Source of the DNA: Rhodobacterales bacterium
Lineage (GTDB): Bacteria; Pseudomonadota; Alphaproteobacteria; Rhodobacterales; Rhodobacteraceae
Direction of reading: 5' to 3'
NCBI GenBank assembly: GCA_026400355.1
Contig: JAPLPE010000022.1
Span: 141,507-205,506 of the forward strand
Length of the DNA stretch: 64,000 nt
Part shown: one piece after another, positions 1 to 7,917 of the stretch
Position numbering within the stretch: position 1 is the first letter of the stretch
Layout of the letters: every line of letters begins with the position of its first letter
The notes under the pieces: model-generated
Databases searched by the model: none
What the model saw: only the letters and a program-made list of their open reading frames with translations
Told to the model about the DNA's origin: nothing
Program-made: the position numbers and the translations under genes

Positions 1-368
1 GCAGTCCGGTTCAACCAGCTTTCCGCTGCCTCCTGCGAGCCGAAAACCTCGGTCGCGCGGCCAAGGATCTCGGCGAACTTCCATGTCCGACTGCTTTGTT
101 CGATGCTTAGCAACGTGTGGCCGGTATCCTTGCAGCGGCGTTGCGGCGTCCGCAGGCTCATCCCGACAGCTTTCTCCAGCACGTCCTGATCGCAGGCGAA
201 CAGCGCTACTCCCGTTGTCAGATCCAGAAGCGCCAAGGCAGGCAGGCCGGTCAACAACAGGTCATGCGCGTCAAGGCTGGTCAGCACGGGCGTCGGGATC
301 GCGTCGCCGCCACCCAGCCGGTCAAATGTCCTGATGATGTCCTGTTCGGCTGTCGGCTGCAGATCCAT
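1..368 (-). CDS. Xre/MbcA/ParS-type antitoxin (DUF2384-like toxin-binding domain), partial; C-terminus runs off the window
   Basis: Hand translation from ATG at 368-366 gives MDLQPTAEQDIIRTFDRLGG...ILGRATEVFGSQEAAESWLNRT. The EVFG..E.A..WL motif is typical of DUF2384 antitoxins that pair with RES toxins. The frame stays open to position 1. Confidence 0.55.
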   Translation of the reverse strand, partial: MDLQPTAEQDIIRTFDRLGGGDAIPTPVLTSLDAHDLLLTGLPALALLDLTTGVALFACDQDVLEKAVGMSLRTPQRRCKDTGHTLLSIEQSSRTWKFAEILGRATEVFGSQEAAESWLNRT

Positions 369-443
369 GATGGACCTCTTGCGACACTTGACGAAATGAA
401 GATGACTTCTGTCGCACGAAAACTCAAGATCCGGCACTGTCAC

Positions 444-470
444 GCAAATAGGGCGGACTCTCGCCCGCCC
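444..470 (-). terminator. Candidate intrinsic terminator downstream of rpoH
   Basis: GGGCGG/CCGCCC stem at 451-470. On the minus strand it is followed by TATTTG, about 27 nt after the rpoH stop. Confidence 0.35.
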
Positions 471-496
471 TGCCCCAGACCACGTTGAACCCCGCC

Positions 497-1393
497 TTAG
501 GCCGTCTGGAGCATGCCCTTTTCCCGGGCCAGTTCCTGCATCCGCTTTTGCAGCTTTTCGAACGCCCGCACTTCAATCTGGCGGATACGCTCCCGACTCA
601 CGTCGTACTGTGCCGACAGATCCTCGAGCGTCACGGCCTGATCCTGCAGACGGCGCTGCATCAGCACGTCCTTTTCCCGTTCTGTCAGCACATCCAGCGC
701 CGCCGCCAAAAGCTCACGCCGGGCTTCAAGCTCGTCGCGTTCCTCATAGGCACCCGCCTGATCGGCGTCCTCATCCTCGAGCCAGTCCTGCCATTGCGTG
801 GCCGAATCTCCCTCGGTCCCGACCATCGCGTTCAGCGATGCATCGCCGCCCGACAGACGCCGGTTCATCGACACGACTTCCTCTTCGGTGACGCCCAGAT
901 CATGCGCGATCTGCTTCACATTTTCGGGCCGCAGATCCCCTTCCTCAAGCGCGCCGATGCGGGCCTTGGCCTTGCGCAGATTGAAGAACAGTTTCTTCTG
1001 CGCGCTGGTCGTGCCCAGTTTCACCAGTGACCACGACCGCAGGATATACTCCTGAATCGAGGCGCGGATCCACCACATGGCATAGGTAGCAAGACGGAAG
1101 CCCTTTTCAGGGTCAAACCGCTTTACGGCCTGCATGAGACCGACGTTCGCCTCGGAAATGACCTCGGCTTGCGGAAGGCCGTAACCGCGATAACCCATCG
1201 CGATCTTGGCAGCGAGCCGCAGGTGAGACGTCACCATCTTGTGGGCGGCGCTGGCGTCTTCATGGTCGATCCAGCGCTTTGCCAGCATGTATTCTTCTTC
1301 GGGTTCCAGCATCGGGAACTTGCGGATTTCCTGCAGATACCGGTTCAAACCCTGTTCGGGTGATGGTGCAGGAAGATTTGCGTACGTGGTCAT
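497..1393 (-). CDS. rpoH: RNA polymerase sigma-32 factor RpoH
   Basis: ORF 497..1429 matches sigma-70 family regions 2-4 and carries the RpoH box-like segment QKKLFFNLRKAK. I chose the internal ATG at 1393 (MTTYANLP) because GGAGGGGGG lies 6 nt upstream. Confidence 0.95.
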   Translation of the reverse strand: MTTYANLPAPSPEQGLNRYLQEIRKFPMLEPEEEYMLAKRWIDHEDASAAHKMVTSHLRLAAKIAMGYRGYGLPQAEVISEANVGLMQAVKRFDPEKGFRLATYAMWWIRASIQEYILRSWSLVKLGTTSAQKKLFFNLRKAKARIGALEEGDLRPENVKQIAHDLGVTEEEVVSMNRRLSGGDASLNAMVGTEGDSATQWQDWLEDEDADQAGAYEERDELEARRELLAAALDVLTEREKDVLMQRRLQDQAVTLEDLSAQYDVSRERIRQIEVRAFEKLQKRMQELAREKGMLQTA

Positions 1394-1430
1394 GTCTGTC
1401 CCCCCTCCAGATGTATAAGGGCTTAACATT

Positions 1431-1460
1431 CATATGAGGGTCTTTAGACCCTAGGTCAAG
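1431..1460 (-). promoter_or_regulatory. Candidate sigma-32-type (or sigma-70) promoter of rpoH
   Basis: The minus strand reads CTTGACC-N13-CCCTCATAT, 38 nt upstream of the start. This resembles the heat-shock consensus CTTGAAA-N13/14-CCCCATNT. The spacer contains the palindrome AGGGTCT..AGACCCT. Confidence 0.35.
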
Positions 1461-1554
1461 AACCCTAAAGACAAATGTAGCAACGCATCATGAACCCGCT
1501 TCCGTCGGGAGAATAGTCACAGATCAGTGCAATCACGCACATGCGATGGTTTTT

Positions 1555-2586
1555 TCAGGCACGGCCCTGCAAAGCAGTGATCAGATCCGCCATATCCTGC
1601 GGCAACGGTGCCTCAAGACGCAGGGATTCGCCCGTCACCGGATGTTCGAACCCCAGAGTCGCCGCATGCAGCGCCTGCCTCGGAAAACTGCGCGCAGCCT
1701 CAACAGCTGCCGCGCCCAAGGCCTTTTCTGACAACTTGCGCCGCCCGCCATAGACGGGATCACCGATCAGCCCGTGCCCGCAATGCGCCAGATGGACCCG
1801 GATCTGATGCGTCCGCCCAGTTTCAAGCCAGCAGTCGAGCAGCGCCACGACCGGCGGAGTGCCGAACGATTCGACCACCCGTGCCCGCGTCACAGCATGG
1901 CGACCGCCATGGAACAGAACCGCCTGTTTCTGCCGGTCGTTCTTGTGCCGGGCCAGATGTGTCTGGATCCTGAGGATGCCGCCCGGTTCAAATGACGTCC
2001 CTTTCAACCCGTGCAGCCGCGGATCGTTCTGGTCGGGCACGCCATTGCAGATCGCCAGATAGTGTCGCTTCACATCATGCGCTTCGAACTGTGCAGCAAG
2101 CCCATGATGCGCCCGGTCCGACTTGGCCGCGACGAGCAACCCCGTCGTTTCCTTGTCGATCCGGTGGACGATCCCGGGCCGTTTCATCCCGCCCACGCCC
2201 GACAGGCTGTCGCCGCAATGGTGGATCAGAGCATTAACCAGCGTGCCGCCCGGGCTGCCCGGGGCGGGGTGGACGACCATCCCGGCGGGTTTGTTGATGA
2301 CGATCAGGTCGTCATCCTCCCAGACGACATCCAGTGCGATATCTTCGGCCACTATATGGCTTTCGGCCGCCGTTTCGACCGTGATCTCGACCAGTGCGCC
2401 TTCACCCACCGTGGCCTTGGCATCGGTGACGACTGCGCCGTCCACCCGGACTGTCCCTTCAGCGATCAGCCGGACAAGCCGTGACCGGCTCAGTTCCGCC
2501 TCGTCTGGCACATCCCGCGCAAGCGCCTTATCAAGGCGGGGCGGCGGATCGGGCATGATCCGGAAACTGACAAGGCTTTCGCCCAT
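1555..2586 (-). CDS. rluD: RluA-family 23S rRNA pseudouridine synthase (RluD-like, S4 domain plus catalytic domain)
   Basis: Contains RLDKALA, HRIDKETTGLLVAAK and the catalytic Asp motif. I chose the ATG at 2586 because GGGAG lies 9 nt upstream; an alternative ATG is at 2556. The long N-terminal extension of the ORF track is not homologous. Confidence 0.85.
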   Translation of the reverse strand: MGESLVSFRIMPDPPPRLDKALARDVPDEAELSRSRLVRLIAEGTVRVDGAVVTDAKATVGEGALVEITVETAAESHIVAEDIALDVVWEDDDLIVINKPAGMVVHPAPGSPGGTLVNALIHHCGDSLSGVGGMKRPGIVHRIDKETTGLLVAAKSDRAHHGLAAQFEAHDVKRHYLAICNGVPDQNDPRLHGLKGTSFEPGGILRIQTHLARHKNDRQKQAVLFHGGRHAVTRARVVESFGTPPVVALLDCWLETGRTHQIRVHLAHCGHGLIGDPVYGGRRKLSEKALGAAAVEAARSFPRQALHAATLGFEHPVTGESLRLEAPLPQDMADLITALQGRA

Positions 2587-2884
2587 GCAAGACGCTCCCA
2601 ACGAAGATCCCGTCCTGCCGCCAAGCCTGCGCATCCTGCGCTCGCTCGTCTTTGTACTGACGGTCGTGATGATTCTTGGCTTCGTAGTCCTGATCGGTGC
2701 CTTTGTCATCCGCCTGAACGCAAGCCCTCTGACGCTGCCCGATGCGATTGACCTTCCCGACGGGGTCAAGGCAACGGCCTTTACGCAGGGCGGCGACTGG
2801 TACGCCGTGGTGACGGATGACGACCGCATCCTGATCTATGACCGCGCGAGCGGCGTGCTGCGGCAGACGGTAACCCTAAAATGA
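2585..2884 (+). CDS. Small single-pass membrane protein, conserved hypothetical
   Basis: This is the C-terminal part of ORF 2123..2884, starting at ATG 2585. It has one hydrophobic helix (LVFVLTVVMILGFVVLIGAFVI). It is divergent from rluD and overlaps its start by 2 nt. Confidence 0.55.
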   Translation: MQDAPNEDPVLPPSLRILRSLVFVLTVVMILGFVVLIGAFVIRLNASPLTLPDAIDLPDGVKATAFTQGGDWYAVVTDDDRILIYDRASGVLRQTVTLK

Positions 2885-2909
2885 CAAGTCCGTCTGACGG
2901 GAGGCCCTG

Positions 2910-3562
2910 ATGTTCGACCCCGCCGCCTTTGCCTTCCTCACCGATCTTGCCGCCAATAACTCCCGCGACTGGTTTACCACGCACAAGGCCGACCATATCC
3001 GGCTGCTCAAGACCCCGTTTGCGCATGTCCTCTGGGAGAGACAGGACGCATGCGCGACACTGCCCTGCACCTGTCCGGGGTCGAGAATATGATGTTCCGC
3101 ATCAACCGCGATCTGCGCTTTGCCAAAGACAAGAGCCCCTTTCTGAACCATGTCAGCGGCCTGCTGACCCACGACGGGACCAAGCATACGGCACGCGGCC
3201 TGTTCTATGTGCATCTTAATGCGCACAGGGCGGGTTTCGCGTCGGTGGCATCCATACGCCAACACTCGATCGGCTTGCCGCATTCCGCGACCGGATCGTG
3301 CGGCAGCAGGATGAGTTCCTGTGCATCGCAGGAACGCTGAAATCCAAGGGGCTTCTTGCTCGACAAAACGCAGACCCTTGTCCGGATGCCCAATGGTTTC
3401 GAAAGGCAGGTCGATACGCCCCTCGCCGTCTATATCCGCCTGAAAGGCTTCTATGCCGAACGCGGCATAGCGCCATCAGGATGGCTTGACGGCAGTGTCA
3501 TGGACATAGTGGCGGAACACGCGTGGCCCTCTGCCCCGCTTCTGGCATTTCTGGACGGCTGA
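2910..3562 (+). pseudogene. DUF2461 (TIGR02453-like) family gene broken by at least three frameshifts
   Basis: Family-typical segments lie in different frames. MFDPAAFAFLTDLAANNSRDWF is in frame 0. MMFRINRDLRFAKDKSPF...GLFYVHL is in frame 2. GGFRVGGIHTPTLDRLAAFRDRIVRQQDEF is in frame 1. TLVRMPNGFERQVDTPLAVYIRLKGF is in frame 2. Confidence 0.7.
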
Positions 3563-3573
3563 GGGGGTTCCGA

Positions 3574-3650
3574 TGGTACCGCCTCCCTGGCTTGAACAGG
3601 GGACCTCTGGATCCACAATCCAGCGCTCTAACCAACTGAGCTAAGGCGGC
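3574..3650 (-). tRNA. tRNA-His (anticodon GTG), CCA encoded, no encoded G-1, G1-U72, discriminator A73
   Basis: The reverse complement is GCCGCCTTAGCTCAGTTGGTTAGAGCGCTGGATTGTGGATCCAGAGGTCCCCTGTTCAAGCCAGGGAGGCGGTACCA. It folds as a cloverleaf. The anticodon loop is TTGTGGA and the T-arm is CCCTG/CAGGG. The base 5' of G1 is T. Confidence 0.9.
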
Positions 3651-3759
3651 ACTCGGGTCGGGTTAGCGCCGGTGCGTGACGATTGCAAGGGCTGTTCGCG
3701 CCCTTGCCAAGCCGCCGCGGCCCGCGTTAGGGGAAAGGAAGGTGGCAAGGACAGAGATC

Positions 3760-3951
3760 ATGAGCATCAACACTGAACGCGACATCGAGGCGAACCTCCA
3801 GATCGGCCCAACCGATCAGGGCATGGTGCGGATCTTCATCGAAGGCCAGGGGATCGAGATCCCGATGGATTTCGACCCTGAAGAAGCAGACGAAATCGCC
3901 GACGAAATCCGCGCCGCTGCACAGACCGCACGATCTGTGGGCAAGCGGTAG
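3760..3951 (+). CDS. Small acidic conserved hypothetical protein (63 aa)
   Basis: Internal ATG at 3760 of ORF 3676..3951 (MSINTERDIEANLQIGPTDQGMVRIF...), with AAGGA upstream. A terminator hairpin follows. Confidence 0.55.
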   Translation: MSINTERDIEANLQIGPTDQGMVRIFIEGQGIEIPMDFDPEEADEIADEIRAAAQTARSVGKR

Positions 3952-3956
3952 GACAA

Positions 3957-3997
3957 GGGACCAGTCGGTCACCTGATCGGCGACTGGCCCTTTGGTT
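3957..3997 (+). terminator. Intrinsic terminator
   Basis: GGGACCAGTCG...CGACTGGCCC stem followed by TTTGGTT, immediately after the stop at 3951. Confidence 0.5.
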
Positions 3998-4123
3998 CTG
4001 CGCCCTGCAAGGACATTGCTCGCCCTCGAGGGCGAGCGCGGGCAGACCTAATCAAGACGCCTCAATCTGACGGACTCTTCGAACCGCTTCAGCTCTCCTC
4101 ATGGCAGAGACCGTGGGAGACCC

Positions 4124-4582
4124 CTACCCAGCCAGCCCCACCTGCGGATCACGCGCCGCGTGCCATCGCAAGGCTGCATGGCGGGCGAACTTCTGCACCA
4201 TGACCTTGCGCCGCGCCGGTGGCAGCTTCGTCTCGGGCCCCAGTCGCAGAATCTCGGCGTCATAAGCGTCGGCGAGCATCAGGCCCGTCCTGTCCGGCAA
4301 AAGTTCGATCGGGAAATCCGCATCCACCGCCCAGAAGAACCGGTCACACCATTCCATGTAGTGATGCCATTTCCGGTCCGTCTGGAAATCCGTCCGACCT
4401 GACTTGCACTCGATCACCCAGATCTCGCCCTTCGGCCCCAGCGCCATAACATCAACCCGAAGACCCGACTCGGGAACCAGTTCCTCGACCGTCACAAAAT
4501 CATGGCCCAAGAGATGCCGACAGACCCCCCGCGCCAGAAGCTGGCCGGGTTTGGGGCGCGGAACGGAAAGATCATCTGTCAT
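4124..4582 (-). CDS. mmcB: MmcB-family DNA repair protein (PD-(D/E)XK-like)
   Basis: MTDDLSVPRPKPGQLLARGVCRHL...DVMALGPKGEIWVIECKSGRTDFQTDRKW matches my memory of the MmcB/DUF1052 family. I chose the ATG at 4582. An alphaproteobacterial SOS box lies directly upstream. Confidence 0.7.
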   Translation of the reverse strand: MTDDLSVPRPKPGQLLARGVCRHLLGHDFVTVEELVPESGLRVDVMALGPKGEIWVIECKSGRTDFQTDRKWHHYMEWCDRFFWAVDADFPIELLPDRTGLMLADAYDAEILRLGPETKLPPARRKVMVQKFARHAALRWHAARDPQVGLAG

Positions 4583-4593
4583 GGGCGGTTTAT

Positions 4594-4608
4594 GAACAAT
4601 CCATGAAC
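4594..4608 (-). promoter_or_regulatory. Alphaproteobacterial LexA (SOS) box GTTC-N7-GTTC upstream of mmcB
   Basis: The plus strand reads GAACAATCCATGAAC, so the minus strand reads GTTCATGGATTGTTC. This is an exact direct-repeat match, 12 nt upstream of the mmcB ATG. Confidence 0.6.
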
Positions 4609-4822
4609 ATCGGTCAAGTAAGGGCAGGGATCGCGCAAAAGATAGTGGCCATGACAAATCCGTCCCCGAGCTCTTCGCCCCACCGTCTTTTTCCTGCCGC
4701 GCCGCAGGATCAGCCTGACCCAAGTCCAGACAGGAGCGGCCATGTCCCTACTCTCGCAGATCACGTTCTCTGAAGTCATGATGAGCCTGGTCGCCGTCGG
4801 TCTCATCGAACGCCTCTTGTAA

Positions 4823-5112
4823 CGGACTTCTGTCGAAGTGGTGGGCCCCGGTGGCTGGCTGCTCGATACGGGCTGGTCCGACCAAAGCTCCGAGTAAGGC
4901 CTTGCGCCGGAGCGACTGCCGCCCTACCTGTCAGTGTGGCGGGTTTCTGCTCCTCACGTGACCAGGGTCAATTCCAGTGGCCTTAAGCAACTCCGAGGGA
5001 GCTGGCTCTGTTCAGGCTCTGGCCTGTCTATCTGGCGCCCACCTGTACACACAGGTCCTCGGGAATAGTACCCCCACGGTTGCTGCGGTTCCTGCCACCC
5101 TTGCGCACACGA
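4823..5112. ncRNA. Unclassified highly structured, stop-rich intergenic region (candidate ncRNA or structured UTR); strand undetermined
   Basis: No ORF of 60 aa or more exists in any frame between 4806 and 5028. Nested helices: 4886-4901 with 4979-5003, 4909-4913 with 4949-4953, 4919-4923 with 4938-4942. There are hairpins at 4826-4839 and 5041-5056. A closing pair joins 4850-4855 with 5094-5099. Confidence 0.3.
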
Positions 5113-5126
5113 TGCACATAATGATC

Positions 5127-5142
5127 GCGGGGTAAACCCCGC
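5127..5142 (-). terminator. Hairpin downstream of the 5167..5463 gene (no U-tract)
   Basis: GCGGGG-TAAA-CCCCGC stem-loop about 25 nt after the stop codon. Confidence 0.3.
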
Positions 5143-5166
5143 CCCACGCCCGTTATGAACCAGCAG

Positions 5167-5463
5167 TTACCGCCTGTCGCGGCGCACCAAAATGGGGATC
5201 GGCATATAAGCTCTGTGCCCGCCATCCTGATCGTCGTCGTCATCATCGGCCATACCCATCACGGCGATGGCGAACTGAACCGCGCCGAACACGATCCCGT
5301 TGAACGCCCAAAGCAGGAACACCGCCAGCACACCCATGTCCGAATTGCGCACCAGATGGCCCAGATTGGCAAAGTTGAACACAAGCATCAGCACAACAAA
5401 GACACCGGCGAGGGCAAACCCGATCGCGGCTTGGGTGATGAACAGGCGGATCAACTTGGGCAC
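5167..5463 (-). CDS. Small integral membrane protein with poly-Asp segment, hypothetical
   Basis: 98-aa ORF with three hydrophobic helices and a DDDDDDQD run. No family recognised. Confidence 0.55.
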   Translation of the reverse strand: MPKLIRLFITQAAIGFALAGVFVVLMLVFNFANLGHLVRNSDMGVLAVFLLWAFNGIVFGAVQFAIAVMGMADDDDDDQDGGHRAYMPIPILVRRDRR

Positions 5464-5635
5464 ATCTACGACCTTTCCATGACAATTTCAGGATAAGCCT
5501 GATCCGGCCCATTGCAAGTGCCACGTGAGCCTTAACGTGTTGGTTCAGACAAGGAGCGGCGTCAATCAGCGCAAGAGGTCGCAAATGTCGCAAAATCACG
5601 CAGATCGCCCCGTCAAAGGGCCGGGGCAGTCCGAC

Positions 5636-6106
5636 TCAGTCAAACGCCTGTGGTCGTGCCTCACGCGCCATGTGGTCAAGGACCGCGTTGACGAAGGATG
5701 GCTCTTTGCTGTCGGGAAAGAAGGCCGCAGCCACATCGATATATTCCACGATGACGACCTTGGGCGGCGTGTCGGAGGCTACAAGTTCGGCCCCTGCCGC
5801 GCGGAACAGTGCCCGCAATGTGGGGTCGATCCGCGCGATGGGCCATTTCGCCACCAGCGCCCGGTCCGTCATCTGGTCGATCTGCGCCTGATGGTTGACC
5901 GCGTCAGCCACGACCGACCGGAACGTATCCACGTCGCCTTCGGCCAATTCGTCGCCGTCATAGACCGCGCCAAAGCGATGGGTCTCGAACTCGCCCATGA
6001 TGGAATCGACCGTCTGTCCGGTCGCCTCCAGTTGGAACAGCGCCTGCACGGCATAAAGCCGGGCGGCGGATTTCATCTTGCGGCGCTGATTGTTCGAAAG
6101 TGTCAT
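5636..6106 (-). CDS. nusB: Transcription antitermination factor NusB
   Basis: ARLYAVQALFQLE... is a typical NusB sequence. It overlaps the ribH stop by 4 nt, in the classic ribH-nusB arrangement. Confidence 0.93.
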   Translation of the reverse strand: MTLSNNQRRKMKSAARLYAVQALFQLEATGQTVDSIMGEFETHRFGAVYDGDELAEGDVDTFRSVVADAVNHQAQIDQMTDRALVAKWPIARIDPTLRALFRAAGAELVASDTPPKVVIVEYIDVAAAFFPDSKEPSFVNAVLDHMAREARPQAFD

Positions 6107-6624
6107 GCAGACCCGGAATTGAGAAGGTCGCGGGTAAACCCCACGCCCTTAGACGAGCGGCCCCAACTACGGGAGAGCGCGATCAGGTGCAAGGCCGCAG
6201 CCGCAGCGCCGCCCCCCTTGTTCTGCTGGGCCGGATCGGCCCGCACCTCGGCCTGCGCGATATTCTCGACCGTCAGGATCCCGTTGCCCACACAGAACCC
6301 GGCCAGCCCGAGAGTGGCGATTCCACGCGAAGAGTCATTACAGACCGTGTCGTAATGCGTCGTCTCGCCCCGGATGATGCAACCCAGCGCGACATAGCCG
6401 TCAAAGCTCTGCATCCGCCCGGCGATCCCGATGGCGATGGGTAGTTCCAGCGCGCCCGGCACTTCGGCCAGTTCCCATTCAGCGCCCGCCGCCTCGATTT
6501 CGGCTTTGGCACCTGCGATCAGGTTGTCGGCGATCTCGCGGTAGTAGGGGGCGACCACGATCAGGATCCTGACCGGCTTGTCGAATGTAGGGCGGGGCAG
6601 GGAATAATGCGATTGTCCAGCCAT
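6103..6624 (-). CDS. ribH: 6,7-dimethyl-8-ribityllumazine synthase
   Basis: Contains VPGALELP and GCIIRGETTHYDTV motifs. The ATG at 6624 overlaps the ribBA TGA (TGATG). Confidence 0.93.
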   Translation of the reverse strand: MAGQSHYSLPRPTFDKPVRILIVVAPYYREIADNLIAGAKAEIEAAGAEWELAEVPGALELPIAIGIAGRMQSFDGYVALGCIIRGETTHYDTVCNDSSRGIATLGLAGFCVGNGILTVENIAQAEVRADPAQQNKGGGAAAAALHLIALSRSWGRSSKGVGFTRDLLNSGSA

Positions 6625-7754
6625 CACAGGGTCTCCGATATCTTGCGTGTTCCGACGATCTCAAGGCCATAGGCATCCAGCCCAACGACCCGCGGTTTGG
6701 GCGAGTTGGACAGAAGGACGATCCTGCTTAGCCCCAGCGACGAGAGAATCTGCGCCCCCAGACCGTATTGCCGGAGTGTCTGGGGCGATACATCTTCGCC
6801 CGCGGCAAGTTTCATGTGCACATCGCGCAAGAGCACGACGACCCCCCGACCTTCGGCGCCAATCAAGTTCAACGCATCTGCGAATTCGTGGGCCCGGCCC
6901 TTGTGCCCTGTGCCCACGATATCCAGAAGCGGGTCCAAAGCATGCATCCGCACCAGCACCGGGTCGGGCCCCGCGATATCGCCCTTGATCAATGCGATAT
7001 GCTCGGCCCCCTGCGTTTCGTCTGTATAGATCCGCAGGGTCCAATCACCGCCGAATTCGGAACTGATATTCTGTTCGGTCCGGACCTTGACCAGATTGTC
7101 ATGCCGCCGCCGGTAGGCGATCAGGTCGCTTATCGTCCCGATCTTGAGGTTGTGACGCTGCGCGAAGGCCACCAGATCTGGCAATCGGGCCATAGTCCCG
7201 TCTTCGTTCATGATCTCGCAGATCACGCCCGAGGGGTTCAGCCCGGCCAGACGACTAATGTCCACCGCCGCCTCGGTATGCCCCGCACGAACGAGCACGC
7301 CGCCATCCCGCGCTCGTAGCGGAAAGATATGCCCTGGCGTCGCGATATCCACCGCCCCCCGCGAGGCGTCAATGGCGACCGACACGGTCCGTGCCCGGTC
7401 ATGCGCCGAAATCCCCGTCGACACACCCTCACGCGCTTCGATCGAAACGGTAAACGCCGTCTCGTGCCGGGATGAATTCTGCGAGGCCATCAGAGGCAGG
7501 CCCAACTGGTCAACCCGAGTGCCCGTCAGCGACAGGCAGATCAGGCCCCGGCCATGCATCGCCATGAAGTTGATCGCATTGGGCGTCGCCATCTGCGCAG
7601 GGATGACAAGGTCGCCTTCATTCTCGCGGTCCTCGTGGTCGACAAGGATGAACATGCGGCCGTTGCGGGCATCCTCAATGATGTCCTCAATGGTGCTGAT
7701 GGCATCCGACCAATCGCGCTCGACCGGTCCGGGTTCCTCGAAGGCTATGCTCAT
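6624..7754 (-). CDS. ribBA: Bifunctional 3,4-dihydroxy-2-butanone-4-phosphate synthase / GTP cyclohydrolase II-like protein
   Basis: Contains MFILVDHEDRENEGDLVIPA and HTEAAVDISRLAGL (DHBP synthase), followed by a C-terminal GCHII-like domain. I chose the ATG at 7754 (MSIAFEEPG). Confidence 0.93.
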   Translation of the reverse strand: MSIAFEEPGPVERDWSDAISTIEDIIEDARNGRMFILVDHEDRENEGDLVIPAQMATPNAINFMAMHGRGLICLSLTGTRVDQLGLPLMASQNSSRHETAFTVSIEAREGVSTGISAHDRARTVSVAIDASRGAVDIATPGHIFPLRARDGGVLVRAGHTEAAVDISRLAGLNPSGVICEIMNEDGTMARLPDLVAFAQRHNLKIGTISDLIAYRRRHDNLVKVRTEQNISSEFGGDWTLRIYTDETQGAEHIALIKGDIAGPDPVLVRMHALDPLLDIVGTGHKGRAHEFADALNLIGAEGRGVVVLLRDVHMKLAAGEDVSPQTLRQYGLGAQILSSLGLSRIVLLSNSPKPRVVGLDAYGLEIVGTRKISETL

Positions 7755-7917
7755 GTCTGTCCCTCTGGCGTCAGGGCGCAAATAGCCCCTGCACCGGCCT
7801 TTGCAAAGGGGAAAGCCACCCGGTCGGGAGCCTGCACTGATGAACAGACGGGCTGCGGCGGCGCAGGGTTGGCGTGAGCCATGCGGTCACTTGCATCGGC
7901 CAGGGACAGCCCCCTCA

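Noticed and set aside
4823-5112. RNase P RNA, two-piece alphaproteobacterial tmRNA, SRP RNA, cobalamin or FMN riboswitch as the identity of the structured region
   Set aside because: Hallmark motifs are absent on both strands. For RNase P there is no GGAAAGTCCGG or ACAGAACCCGGCTTA. For tmRNA there is no T-arm GGTTCGAWTCC with an ACCA end and no ANDN tag frame. For SRP RNA there is no GGAAGCAGCC. For the cobalamin riboswitch there is no AGCCAGGAGACCTGCC B12 box. The partial resemblances (GACAGAAGTCCG, GCCACTGG, GGGGCCCACCACTTCGAC) occur in the wrong order or context.
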